In this document: one piece after another, positions 44,415-53,945 of the stretch
How positions within the stretch are numbered: the stretch's first letter is position 1
Layout of the letters: each line of letters starts with the position of its first letter
NCBI GenBank assembly: GCA_029907205.1
Contig: JARYMI010000010.1
Location: 16,097 to 80,096 of the forward strand
DNA from: Clostridiales bacterium
GTDB lineage: Bacteria > Acidobacteriota > Aminicenantia > Aminicenantales > UBA8522
Length of the DNA stretch: 64,000 bases
Reading direction: 5' to 3'
Program-made: the position numbers and the translations under genes
The notes under the pieces: generated by a model
Databases searched by the model: none
What the model saw: the letters and a program-made list of their open reading frames with translations, nothing else
Told to the model about the DNA's origin: nothing

Positions 44415-45646
44415 TGTTCCGACCTCAACGCTTCGATTGGGTTGAGCCTGGCAGCCTTGTTAGCCGGGTAAATGCCGAAGAAGAGACCTATGGATGCCGA
44501 CATCAAGATGGCCAGGATGATCGAGACGGGCTCGACGCTCGAAGGCAGAGATGTCGTCGCCGAAACCGTTTTGGCCAGGACGAGCCCGAGGATGATGCCG
44601 ATGAGACCCCCTGTCGCGGACAGCATTGCCGATTCGATCAAGAACTGGAAGAGGATATCCTGGCGCCTTGCGCCCACGGCCATGCGGATGCCTATCTCCT
44701 TGGTCCTCTCGGTGACTGAGACCAACATGATGTTCATGACAACGATGCCGCCGACGAGCAGGGCGATGGAGGATATGGCGATCATGGCAAAATAAATGCT
44801 CGAGGTGGCGCTCTTATAGAACCGGATAAAAGTTTCTGAAGTCTGGAAAGAGAAATCATCAGGGTCGTTGAAGGAGCGGTGGCGGGCCGATCTCAGGATC
44901 GTCCGTACCTCTTCCTGGGCGTGCTTCATCTGTTCCTGGGACGAGGTGTGGACGTTGATGCTGATTGTCCGTCTTGAGCCGTAGATTTTCTGGAACGTCG
45001 TGATGGGGATGCGGACATAGTTGTCCTGGCTCATGCCCAGGAGCTTGCCCTTCTTTTTGCCCAGCCCGATGACCAGAAAATTCTCTCCGCCGATTTTAAT
45101 CCACCGGCCCAGAGGGTCGACAAAGGGAAAAAGCTTCTCCCGGATATCAGCCCCGATAATACAGACAAATCGGGAATGCCTCTCGTCTTCCTTCTGGAGA
45201 TGACGGCCGGTCTCCAGCTCGAGCACTGACCCGATGAGATGATCGACTGAAGTGACCCCCCGGATCTCGACCTCTTTCAAGGACTGGCTTCCAAACTTAA
45301 CAGTCCGGCTGGTCGATGTGCTGGCACCGATGAGATTGCACTCGCGGCAGCGGCTGCGCAGCAGTTCCATCTCCTCGAGCGTCAGGTTTTTCCGCTTCAA
45401 TTGCTCCCGGTATTCTTTGAGGGATGTGCCTATCATCGAAAACTTGGAAACCGAGAAGTCGTTGGCGCCATAAAAAGACATCTTGGTGTAAACATACTTG
45501 TTCAGCCCCTGGATGACTGAGACGACAGCGATGATCGTCAGGACCCCAATGATGATGCCTAACAAGGTCAGGAAAGTTCTGAGCTTGTTTGCCCAGAGAG
45601 AGGACATAGAGATAGCAAAAGATTCGCCGATGTTTACCCGGGCCAT
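44411..45646 (-). CDS. ABC transporter permease, MacB/FtsX family
   Basis: RTFLTLLGIIIGV, VGGIVVMNIMLVSVTERTKEIGIRMAVGA. Confidence 0.93.
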   Translation of the reverse strand: MARVNIGESFAISMSSLWANKLRTFLTLLGIIIGVLTIIAVVSVIQGLNKYVYTKMSFYGANDFSVSKFSMIGTSLKEYREQLKRKNLTLEEMELLRSRCRECNLIGASTSTSRTVKFGSQSLKEVEIRGVTSVDHLIGSVLELETGRHLQKEDERHSRFVCIIGADIREKLFPFVDPLGRWIKIGGENFLVIGLGKKKGKLLGMSQDNYVRIPITTFQKIYGSRRTISINVHTSSQEQMKHAQEEVRTILRSARHRSFNDPDDFSFQTSETFIRFYKSATSSIYFAMIAISSIALLVGGIVVMNIMLVSVTERTKEIGIRMAVGARRQDILFQFLIESAMLSATGGLIGIILGLVLAKTVSATTSLPSSVEPVSIILAILMSASIGLFFGIYPANKAARLNPIEALRSEQ

Positions 45647-45751
45647 TTCTCTCGTCCTCTATTCTACACTAAAGCATACGAAGGAGAGAAGAATAGGTTC
45701 ATCTCGAACCGCGCTACCCGACGGGTTTTAGTTTGGGATATCAGGGATTTC

Positions 45752-45780
45752 TTGACAAGTTTTGCAGCCAAGGGGAAAAT
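45752..45780 (+). promoter_or_regulatory. Sigma70-like promoter
   Basis: TTGACA-N17-GAAAAT upstream of the PK_C-like gene. Confidence 0.45.
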
Positions 45781-45811
45781 GGACAAGGAAAGCGAAACGT
45801 TGGAGATTAAG

Positions 45812-46411
45812 ATGGCAAGAAAGAAAACGCAAGAGAGCGCGCGGATCGTCCCTTGTCTGATCTTTGGCCAGCCTGGCCCGGCGAACACCGGTCGGACTCT
45901 CGAGGCAGGCCGGACGAGAGCCGATGAGCTGGGCATCCGGAATATCGTTGTCGCATCGACTTCGGGGAAGACGGGCCTTCTGGCCGCTCGGCTGTTCCGG
46001 GGAAAAAACGTTGTCGTGGTCACTCATTCGACAGGATACCAGAGGCCTGACCATCAGGAATTCAAGCCCGACCTGCGACGCCGGATCGAAGCCCTCGGCG
46101 CCAGAGTCCTGACCTGCCAGCACGCTTTCGGGGGAGTCGGCCGGGCCGTCCGCAAGAAGCTGGCCACGTATGAGCTCGAGGAGATTATCGCTTATACCCT
46201 GCGGGTCTTCGGCGAAGGCGCAAAGGTGGCCATTGAGGTTGCGGTGATGGCGGCGGATGCAGGGTTTATCTCCACGCGAGAACCTTGTTTGGCCGTCGGC
46301 GGCACGAGCTGGGGCGCCGACACGGCTCTCGTTTTGCGACCGTCCAACGCCCAGACTTTTTTTGACCTGAAAGTTGTCGAGGTTGTGGCCAAGCCCGGGC
46401 TTGAGGAGTGA
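45812..46411 (+). CDS. Pyruvate-kinase C-terminal-like (PK_C) stand-alone protein
   Basis: PGPANT, IVVASTSGKT, VVVTH, TLRVFGEGAKVAIE...AADAG, GGTSWGADTA. Confidence 0.85.
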   Translation: MARKKTQESARIVPCLIFGQPGPANTGRTLEAGRTRADELGIRNIVVASTSGKTGLLAARLFRGKNVVVVTHSTGYQRPDHQEFKPDLRRRIEALGARVLTCQHAFGGVGRAVRKKLATYELEEIIAYTLRVFGEGAKVAIEVAVMAADAGFISTREPCLAVGGTSWGADTALVLRPSNAQTFFDLKVVEVVAKPGLEE

Positions 46412-46441
46412 GTAGAGAATTTGAAGAGCAAGGAGCAAGCC

Positions 46442-47002
46442 ATGAGAAATAAGATACTTGGAAGATTATTGTGCGGCCTCATCATCCTGGCGGCCGCGGT
46501 TGCGCCCGCCCGAGCAGGGTTTTACATCGGCCTCCAGGGCGGCCTGTCTAACCAGAATGCAAGCTTGAGCGAGCTCAAGTTCGACAAGGATTCTTCCTTC
46601 CTTTATGGGGCTCAAGTGGGGTTGAGGGTTCTCTCTTTTGCCGTCGAAGGGCAATTCTTCAGGGCCGACCATAGCCTTCTTTCCGACAACCCGGGGCTCT
46701 CCCTCTATGACGGTCGAGGCATGGACTATTATTATTTAGGCGTTCATGCAAAAATTGGCTTCCCCCTGCCTCTCCTCTTCCCATACCTGACCGTCGGTTA
46801 CGGCATTTATTCCGCTGATATCAACGAAATTGGAAGCACCACGGACAAGTCCTTTAGTTTCGGGGCTGGGGCGGAGCTCAGCCTGGGGAAAATCGGGCTC
46901 TTTGCCGAGCTCAGGTATATTGATTTCGCCGTGGACATTTCCAGCCTGTCCTGGGATTTCGGAGGCCTGAATTTTCACTGTGGCCTTAACTATCGCTTTT
47001 GA
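46442..47002 (+). CDS. Small outer-membrane beta-barrel protein
   Basis: Signal peptide, alternating aromatic strands, PYLTVGYG, C-terminal YRF. Confidence 0.8.
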   Translation: MRNKILGRLLCGLIILAAAVAPARAGFYIGLQGGLSNQNASLSELKFDKDSSFLYGAQVGLRVLSFAVEGQFFRADHSLLSDNPGLSLYDGRGMDYYYLGVHAKIGFPLPLLFPYLTVGYGIYSADINEIGSTTDKSFSFGAGAELSLGKIGLFAELRYIDFAVDISSLSWDFGGLNFHCGLNYRF

Positions 47003-47014
47003 CGAAGCTCGGAA

Positions 47015-47740
47015 TTGAAAATCAGGCTCAACAAGTTCCTTTCCCAGGCCGGGGTTGTCTCCCGCCGAGAAGCTGACAGGTTGATCGCAGAAGGACGCAT
47101 CCAGGTCAATAACCGCCTTGCTCTCGACCTGGGCATCAAGATCGACCCTGAGCGAGATGTCGTCTCGGTGGATGGTCGAAAAATAAAGGAGAGCCAGAAA
47201 CTTGTTTACGTGCTCTTGAATAAACCCACCGGATATCTCGTGACCCTTAAAGACCCCTTCGGGAGGCCGACTGTCCGCGACCTTATCCCGGCCTCACTCG
47301 GCCGGCTCTTCCCGGTCGGCCGGCTGGATTATGACAGCGAGGGATTGCTCCTCCTGACCAATGACGGCGAACTGGCTTTCCGCCTGTCCCACCCCCGCTT
47401 CGAGGTTGAAAAAGCCTATCTGGTTAAGGTGAAAGGAGAACCTGGCCTTGACAGCCTGCGCCGGCTGGAGAAAGGAGTCTTCCTGGACGGCCAGAAGACG
47501 GCGCCGGCGAAAGTGACGCTCCTGGCCCACAACCCGAAGTCGAGCCTCCTCCGGCTCGAGATTCATGAGGGCAGGAAAAGAGAAGTCCGGCGCATGTGCC
47601 AGGCTGTCGGCCATGAGGTTCTGGAGTTGAAAAGAATCGGGTTCGCCGGCCTTTCCCTAAAAAACCTCAAGCGCGGCCGCTGGCGGCACCTCGAACCGTC
47701 CGAAATCAGGCGACTGAAAAAGCTGGTCAAGTTGGCATGA
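47015..47740 (+). CDS. Pseudouridine synthase, RsuA/RluB family
   Basis: S4 domain RLNKFL..SRREAD, NKPTG, GRLDYDSEGLLLLTNDG, EGRKREVRRM. Confidence 0.93.
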   Translation: MKIRLNKFLSQAGVVSRREADRLIAEGRIQVNNRLALDLGIKIDPERDVVSVDGRKIKESQKLVYVLLNKPTGYLVTLKDPFGRPTVRDLIPASLGRLFPVGRLDYDSEGLLLLTNDGELAFRLSHPRFEVEKAYLVKVKGEPGLDSLRRLEKGVFLDGQKTAPAKVTLLAHNPKSSLLRLEIHEGRKREVRRMCQAVGHEVLELKRIGFAGLSLKNLKRGRWRHLEPSEIRRLKKLVKLA

Positions 47741-47783
47741 TTTCGGCCTACTTTCCTAAGTTTTGCGAAAGTTCAATCTGCCG

Positions 47784-47902
47784 AGAAAGAGTGGGTGGCG
47801 CGGCGTTAGTCCCCTCCCGCCCGCAGCGGAAGGGGTTCCCCACGGGGGGATGGGTGGAGCGAGGACGGAAGGGGACGCGCCGGGACAGGACCCGCTCTTT
47901 CT
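47784..47902 (+). mobile_element. Family-A MITE-like element, 119 bp
   Basis: Terminal IRs agaaagagtgggt / acccgctctttct; 5 internal differences from the copy at 50498. Confidence 0.75.
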
Positions 47903-47939
47903 ATTATCATGGAATTAGGGATGCGCGCTGAGCGGATGG

Positions 47940-50375
47940 TTACGGCTCTTTTTCTTGGGCCGCAGCGTAGGTTTTCCAGCTTGCGGCCAGCCGCTGGAGT
48001 TCCTGGTCGACAAGGAAGTTCACCGTTCCTTCCTCAAAAGTCCCGTCCTCTTTGAGATTCCCGGCTTCGATTCCTGTCAGGATTTCGATGCCTTCGTCAA
48101 TTGTCTTGATCGGGTAAATATGGAACTTGCCCTGCCTGACAGCTTCGACAACGTCGCTGCGCAGCATCAGGTTCTGGATGTTCTGATGAGGGATGATGAC
48201 GCCTTGGGTTCCTGTCAGGCCTTTTGCCTTGCAGACATCATAAAAACCTTCAATTTTCTCGTTCACTCCTCCGATGGGCTGGATTTCGCCTTTCTGGTTG
48301 ATCGAACCCGTGACGGCAATGTCCTGCCTCAGCGGCAGCTTAGAAAGGCTGGACAGGATGGCGTAAACCTCAGTGGACGAGGCGCTGTCGCCGTCAATTC
48401 CCGAGTAGGACTGCTCAAAGGCAAGGCTGGCCGACAGGGAAAAAGGTTTGTTCTGGGCGTACTTCCCTCTGAGATAGCCGCCCAGGATGAGGACGCCTTT
48501 GTTATGGGTCCGGCCGCTCAAGTCCGCTTCCCGTTCGATGTTGATAACCCCGGCTCTGCCGACCGAGGTTTTGGCTGTGATCCGGGTCGGCTTGCCGAAG
48601 GAAAACTGGCCCATGTCATAGATGGACAGGCCGTTAACCTGGCCGATGACTTTTCCTTCTGTGTCGATCAGGATTGTCCCTTCCTCAATGAGTTCCTGAA
48701 TTTTATCTTCGATCAGGCTGACCCGCTCGAAACGCTCCAGCACGGCCTTTTCCACGTGCTTGCGGCTTACCGTCGTTTTGCCGTCTGATTTTGCCCAGTA
48801 GTTAGCTTCGCGGATGACATCGGCCAGGATGTGGAACCTGGTGGAGACTTTTCGCTGCCGGCCGGCGATCCTCGTTGCGTACTCAATAACCGCCGCTATG
48901 CCCTCTTGGTCAAAAGGAAACAGTTTGTCATCCTCGCAGATTTTCTTGATGAAACGAGCATAATCCTGGATGGCTCCGTCGTCCCTGGTCATCTCGGAAT
49001 CGAACTCGGCTTTGATCTTGAAGATCTTCTTGAAGTCCTCGTCCATGAAATAGAGGAGGTTATAGATGTAAGCATCGCCGATCATGACCACTTTGACGTT
49101 GCATTTAATCGGCTGAGGCTTGAGCCGGGTGGTCGCGATGAGATAAAGGGAAAGGTAGTTCTGGATTTCGAATATCTGATGGCGGAGTGTCCTTTTCAGG
49201 GTGATCCAGACGCCTGGCTCGATCAGCGCGTCCAGAGCGTTAATGACCAGGTAGCCGCCGTTAGCCTTGAGAAAGGAGCCTGTCTTGATCTGAGTGAAAT
49301 CTGTCTGCCAGACTCCCCAGCGGCTGACAGCGGACTCGATCGTCCCGAAGAGGTTGACGTACGTCGGGTTTGTCTCCATGACCACGGGCGCTCCCTTGAC
49401 ATCGGAGTTGTCGACCAGGAGGTTGACCCTGTACGCTAAGAAGGCATCGACCATCTCCCTTGTTTTGTCCTCTTTTTCCTCTTTTTTTTGGGCTTTGAAG
49501 AGGTCTATGCTTGAGATCAGGTTTTCCTCGACGTTGTCAAGGTATTGGGAGGTAGCCGGCTGGGCAAACTTCTCTCGGATGCCGGAGATGCTCCCTTTGA
49601 TGATCGGGGTGATGGCCTCAGCGTCCCAGTTCTTGAGAAGAGCCCGCGTCTCTTCGTCGATCTCTTTCAGCCTGTCGAAGAGCCTCTCCAGCTCTTCTGT
49701 CAGCTCTTCATATTTCTTCTTGAGTTCCTCCAAGTCCTTCTGGGAAAACTTCTTTTCTTTGACCATGGCCTCGAGCTTTGGGAAAGGCGTCGGGGTTTCT
49801 TCGATGACGGGAATGAGGTCGGGCTTGGTGAACAGCCCCATCTGAACCTGGATCACGGAAAACCCCTGCTTGGCCACGTCATCTTCGAATTTCTGAAGGA
49901 TATCTTTTTGCTTTTTCTGCTGGCTCTCGATGATGGCTTCTTTCTTTTCTGTGTAGTACTTGCTCTTGAGGAGCTCAGGGATGTTGACTTTGAGCATCTC
50001 GATCAGGTTTTCCATGGCTTCCTTGAACAGCTTGCCCTTTCCGCCGGGAAGCATGATCAGGCTGGGTTCATCTGGGTTCTTGAAGTTGTTGACATAAAGG
50101 ATGTCGTCGGGCGTTTTTTCGCCCTTTTCGAGTTTTTCCAGGAGCTGCTTGATGGTCGTCGTCCGTCCTGTTCCGACCATCCCGGTGATGAAAATGTTGT
50201 AACCAAGGCTCTTTATATCAAGCCCAGTCTGGATGGCCTTGAGAGCTCTTTCCTGGCCGATGATTTCAGCGCACGGTTCGCATTCGTCTGTGGTGGCGAA
50301 AGGAATCGTCTTGGGGTCTATCCTCCAGCGCAACATGTCCGGCGCCAGCTCTTCGAATTGCGTTTTTGTTTTCAT
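47940..50375 (-). CDS. Lon-like S16 protease (LonC/AAA_32 type)
   Basis: IIGQERA, GMVGTGRTT, coiled-coil insert, ANGGYL, GQVNGL, DGDSAS and VNEK (Ser-Lys dyad). Confidence 0.92.
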   Translation of the reverse strand: MKTKTQFEELAPDMLRWRIDPKTIPFATTDECEPCAEIIGQERALKAIQTGLDIKSLGYNIFITGMVGTGRTTTIKQLLEKLEKGEKTPDDILYVNNFKNPDEPSLIMLPGGKGKLFKEAMENLIEMLKVNIPELLKSKYYTEKKEAIIESQQKKQKDILQKFEDDVAKQGFSVIQVQMGLFTKPDLIPVIEETPTPFPKLEAMVKEKKFSQKDLEELKKKYEELTEELERLFDRLKEIDEETRALLKNWDAEAITPIIKGSISGIREKFAQPATSQYLDNVEENLISSIDLFKAQKKEEKEDKTREMVDAFLAYRVNLLVDNSDVKGAPVVMETNPTYVNLFGTIESAVSRWGVWQTDFTQIKTGSFLKANGGYLVINALDALIEPGVWITLKRTLRHQIFEIQNYLSLYLIATTRLKPQPIKCNVKVVMIGDAYIYNLLYFMDEDFKKIFKIKAEFDSEMTRDDGAIQDYARFIKKICEDDKLFPFDQEGIAAVIEYATRIAGRQRKVSTRFHILADVIREANYWAKSDGKTTVSRKHVEKAVLERFERVSLIEDKIQELIEEGTILIDTEGKVIGQVNGLSIYDMGQFSFGKPTRITAKTSVGRAGVINIEREADLSGRTHNKGVLILGGYLRGKYAQNKPFSLSASLAFEQSYSGIDGDSASSTEVYAILSSLSKLPLRQDIAVTGSINQKGEIQPIGGVNEKIEGFYDVCKAKGLTGTQGVIIPHQNIQNLMLRSDVVEAVRQGKFHIYPIKTIDEGIEILTGIEAGNLKEDGTFEEGTVNFLVDQELQRLAASWKTYAAAQEKEP

Positions 50376-50497
50376 CGAAAAACTCCTTGTGGATGTCTTG
50401 ATGAGAGGTGTATTTCGTTATTACCATAAAATGCGGCCGGAGACAAGCTCGGCGGTCAGTCCGAATGCATCTCCAATTTCGTGACAAAGCTTGGGTC

Positions 50498-50616
50498 TGA
50501 AAGAACGGGTCCTGTCACGGCGCGTCCCCTTCCGTCCTCGCTCCACCCATCCCCCCGTGGGGAACCCCTTACGCTGCGGGCGGGATGGGACTAACGCCGT
50601 GCCACCCACTCTTTCA
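50498..50616 (-). mobile_element. Family-A MITE-like element, 119 bp, nested in a longer imperfect IR (50461-50654)
   Basis: TIRs tgaaagaacgggt / acccactctttca; outer arms gcatctccaatttcgtgacaa / ttatcacggaattagagatgc. Confidence 0.75.
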
Positions 50617-50738
50617 AAAGAGATCCAATTATCACGGAATTAGAGATGCTTCGGGCCAGTCCCAAAAAAATAATGAAAAAAAGGTGATTATTTGCTAAAA
50701 TACGAAAAAATTCCTTGGGGTAGAGACTGGAGGAGAGA

Positions 50739-51521
50739 ATGGAATTCAAGAACCTCATCACCCGGAAGGCTGACGGCATCGGCTGGGTTACCATCAACCG
50801 GCCCGACAAGCTCAACGCCTTGAACGCTGAGACTGTCAGGGAACTGAAGAGCGCCTTCCTGGAATTGGAGAAGGATGCCGAGGTCAAAGCCGTTATCCTC
50901 ACGGGGTCGGGAGAGAAAGCTTTTGTCGCGGGCGCTGATATCAGCGAGCTGGCCGGCCTCGACCTGACTCAGGGAAAGCAGTACGCTCTTGAGGGCCAGG
51001 AGCTTACCAAGATCATAGAAAATTTTCGCAAGCCCGTCCTGGCCGCAATCAACGGCTTTGCCCTGGGAGGCGGGACAGAGATTGCCCTGGCCTGCCATAT
51101 CCGCATCGCGTCGGAGAACGCCAAGCTGGGACAGCCCGAGGTTAAACTCGGGCTCATCCCCGGGTTTGGCGGAACCCAGCGCCTGGCCCGCCTTATCGGC
51201 AAGGGAAAGGCGATGGAGCTCGTCCTTTCCGGCCGGGTTGTCGAAGCAAAGGAAGCGCAGGAAATCGGCCTCGTTAACAAAGTAGTTCCTTTAGACAATC
51301 TCCACGTGGAAGCTGAGACGATGGCCAAGGAAATCGTCAAAAACGCGCCGCTTGCCTTAGAGTACGCCATCGAGGCGATCAACAAGGGTTTAGATAGAAC
51401 ACTCGGAGAAGGGCTGAATCTCGAGGCGGAGATTTTCGGCCGCGCGTGCGGCACCGAAGACAGCTTAGAGGGAACCAAAGCCTTTCTTGAGAAAAGAAAG
51501 CCCAATTTTCGCGGGAAATAA
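50739..51521 (+). CDS. crt: Enoyl-CoA hydratase (crotonase)
   Basis: NRPDKLNALN, AFVAGADI, GFALGGGTE, PEVKLGLIPGFGGTQRL. Confidence 0.9.
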   Translation: MEFKNLITRKADGIGWVTINRPDKLNALNAETVRELKSAFLELEKDAEVKAVILTGSGEKAFVAGADISELAGLDLTQGKQYALEGQELTKIIENFRKPVLAAINGFALGGGTEIALACHIRIASENAKLGQPEVKLGLIPGFGGTQRLARLIGKGKAMELVLSGRVVEAKEAQEIGLVNKVVPLDNLHVEAETMAKEIVKNAPLALEYAIEAINKGLDRTLGEGLNLEAEIFGRACGTEDSLEGTKAFLEKRKPNFRGK

Positions 51522-51531
51522 GAGGTGACAA

Positions 51532-52002
51532 ATGGCTACATATCAAGGAAAACTCCAGGCCAAGGGGCTGAGGATCGGGATTGTGGTCAGCCGCTTCAAC
51601 CAGTTCATCTCGGACAAGCTTCTGACCGGAGCTCTGGACGCTCTGGACAAGCTCGGAGCCGCAGAAGCGGACATCTCCGTGTACAAAGTCCCCGGCTCGT
51701 TTGAGATTCCGGTCGTCGTTAAGAAATTGGCCAAGACAGGCAAGGTTGACGGAATTATCTGTCTCGGGACTCTCATCCGCGGCGACACGCCCCATTTTGA
51801 CTTCCTGAGCGCCGAGGTGACAAAAGGAATTGCCCAGATTGCCATAGAAGAAGGAATCCCTTGCTCTTTTGGCATTCTCACGGTGGACACGATCGAGCAG
51901 GGCATTGAGCGGGCTGGCGCCAAGGCCGGAAACAAGGGCTGGGACGCAGCCTTCTCCGTCGTCGAGACGTTGAACCTGATCAAAGCGGCCAAGCTTGGCT
52001 GA
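51532..52002 (+). CDS. ribH: 6,7-dimethyl-8-ribityllumazine synthase
   Basis: SRFN, VPGSFEIP, IRGDTPHF, NKG. Confidence 0.96.
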   Translation: MATYQGKLQAKGLRIGIVVSRFNQFISDKLLTGALDALDKLGAAEADISVYKVPGSFEIPVVVKKLAKTGKVDGIICLGTLIRGDTPHFDFLSAEVTKGIAQIAIEEGIPCSFGILTVDTIEQGIERAGAKAGNKGWDAAFSVVETLNLIKAAKLG

Positions 52003-52015
52003 GGGCGCCCTTCCG

Positions 52016-52477
52016 ATGGGCAAGAGAAGAAAAGCCCGGGAGAGCGCTCTTCAGATTCTCTACGAGCTTGAGTTCGATAGGTCCGATGCCGACCAGACTA
52101 TCAATCGGTTCTGGAGGGAAAAGAAAGCTTCGCCTGAGATACGCGAATACAGCCGCTGGCTGGTCAGAGGCGTCCAAGCCCACCTCGAGGAAATTGATGA
52201 AGCTATCCAGTCGATTTCCACGCACTGGCGTGTTTCCCGCATGGCTGTCATCGACCGGAATATCCTCCGCCTGGCTGCCTTTGAGCTGCTCAAGGCCGAT
52301 TCTCTGGCTCCGGCGATTGTCATTAACGAAGCCATCGAGATTGCCAAGAAATACAGCAGCCCGGAAGCCGCGACCTTTGTCAACGGGATTCTCGACGCCT
52401 TGAGCAAAAAAATCCGGGCAGCGCCGTCACCTCCTGATGAGGTCAAACATGTCGCCAAGAGACGCAAGAAAGACTGA
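52016..52477 (+). CDS. nusB: Transcription antitermination factor NusB
   Basis: RRKARESALQILY, DRNILRLA, INEAIEIAKKY, FVNGILD. Confidence 0.96.
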   Translation: MGKRRKARESALQILYELEFDRSDADQTINRFWREKKASPEIREYSRWLVRGVQAHLEEIDEAIQSISTHWRVSRMAVIDRNILRLAAFELLKADSLAPAIVINEAIEIAKKYSSPEAATFVNGILDALSKKIRAAPSPPDEVKHVAKRRKKD

Positions 52478-53936
52478 CCAGGACATTTCCAGGGAAGAAA
52501 AAATCGAAAAGCTCCGCCAGGAAGGGATCAATCTTTTCCCTTACAAAGCGGCAAAAACGCATTCTGTGTTCGAGGCGGTCAGGGACCATGCTTCCCTTTC
52601 CCGGGAAGAGCTGGAGGAGAAGGGGATCGGCGTCGCCGTGCCGGGCAGGATTCTCTCCATCAGGAAAATGGGCCGGGCGACGTTCGCCACGATTTCCGAT
52701 AGCAGAACCAAGCTTCAGATTTACCTGAGAGAAGACCTGTTGGGAGAGAAGACGTACCGAATTTTTAACCTCATGGATATCGGCGATATCATCAGCGCTG
52801 AAGGCACCCTGTTCAAAACCCGGACCGGAGAGCTCACTGTCCTTGTCCGTTCGTTCACGCTTTTAGCCAAATGCCTCCATCCTCTTCCGGAGAAATGGCA
52901 CGGACTTCAGGATGTCGAACTCCGCTACCGCCGGCGCTACTTAGACTTGATCATGAACCCTGAGGTTGGGGAGGTTTTCAGCCTGCGCAGCCGGCTGATC
53001 ACCAAGATCCGAGAATTTTTCGACGAGCGCGGGTACACGGAAGTCGAGACGCCGATGATGCAGGTCATTCCCGGCGGAGCCCTGGCCAGGCCTTTTAAAA
53101 CATTCCACAACGCCCTGGGTGTCGACCTGTATCTGAGGATTGCTCCAGAGCTCTATCTCAAAAGGTTGGTCGTCGGCGGCCTGGAGAGGGTTTACGAAAT
53201 CAACCGGAACTTCCGCAACGAGGGCATCTCTTCCGAACACAACCCCGAGTTCACGATGTTAGAGTTCTACGAGGCTTACAGTGATTACTACGACATGATG
53301 GACCTGACAGAGGAGTTGCTCTGTTCCCTTAGCCGGGCGCTTCTCGGTAAGGAGGAGTTTCCCTACGGTGACGCAACCATTTCCCTTAAAAGGCCCTGGC
53401 CGCGGATCAAATTTCGCGACGCCCTTTTCATGCACAGCGGGCTCTCGCCCAGCCGCTTTGATAACCGCGAGGAGCTCGTCGAGTTTGCCGCCACCCTGGC
53501 TCCTGAGAAGAAGCCATTCACTTACGGGAAAGCCATGGACATCATTTTCGACAAGCTGGTGAAGGACAAGCTTATCCAGCCCACCTTTGTGATCAATCAT
53601 CCAAAGGAGATTTCTCCCCTGGCCAAGACCTTCCGCGAGAATCCTGAAGAAGCCGAGCGGTTTGAGCTTGTCGTGGCCGGGATGGAGATCGCCAACGCCT
53701 TCAGCGAGCTCACCGACCCGCATGAACAGCGGGTTCGCTTCGAGCAACAGGCCCAAGAGAGGCTGAGGGGCGATGAAGACGCCCACTGGGTCGATATGGA
53801 TTACGTTCAAGCTTTGGAATTCGGGCTTCCTCCCACAGGAGGGGAGGGGATTGGCATCGACCGCCTGGTCATGCTCCTGGCCAACAAGAAATCCATCAGG
53901 GAAGTCATCCTGTTCCCTTTGCTACGGCCTAAGTAA
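52449..53936 (+). CDS. lysS: Lysine-tRNA ligase (class II)
   Basis: RYRRRYLDL, LRIAPELYLKRL, FRNEG..HNPEFT, PPTGGEGIGIDRL. Confidence 0.96.
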   Translation: MSPRDARKTDQDISREEKIEKLRQEGINLFPYKAAKTHSVFEAVRDHASLSREELEEKGIGVAVPGRILSIRKMGRATFATISDSRTKLQIYLREDLLGEKTYRIFNLMDIGDIISAEGTLFKTRTGELTVLVRSFTLLAKCLHPLPEKWHGLQDVELRYRRRYLDLIMNPEVGEVFSLRSRLITKIREFFDERGYTEVETPMMQVIPGGALARPFKTFHNALGVDLYLRIAPELYLKRLVVGGLERVYEINRNFRNEGISSEHNPEFTMLEFYEAYSDYYDMMDLTEELLCSLSRALLGKEEFPYGDATISLKRPWPRIKFRDALFMHSGLSPSRFDNREELVEFAATLAPEKKPFTYGKAMDIIFDKLVKDKLIQPTFVINHPKEISPLAKTFRENPEEAERFELVVAGMEIANAFSELTDPHEQRVRFEQQAQERLRGDEDAHWVDMDYVQALEFGLPPTGGEGIGIDRLVMLLANKKSIREVILFPLLRPK

Positions 53937-53945
53937 TAAGGTCCC

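Noticed and set aside
47737-50609. Near-identical small ORFs 47737..47931 and 50421..50609 (4 of 5 differences synonymous)
   Set aside because: They are translations of the family-A repeat. Starts differ, the third copy breaks the frame, and with six frames to choose from the synonymous bias is weak evidence.
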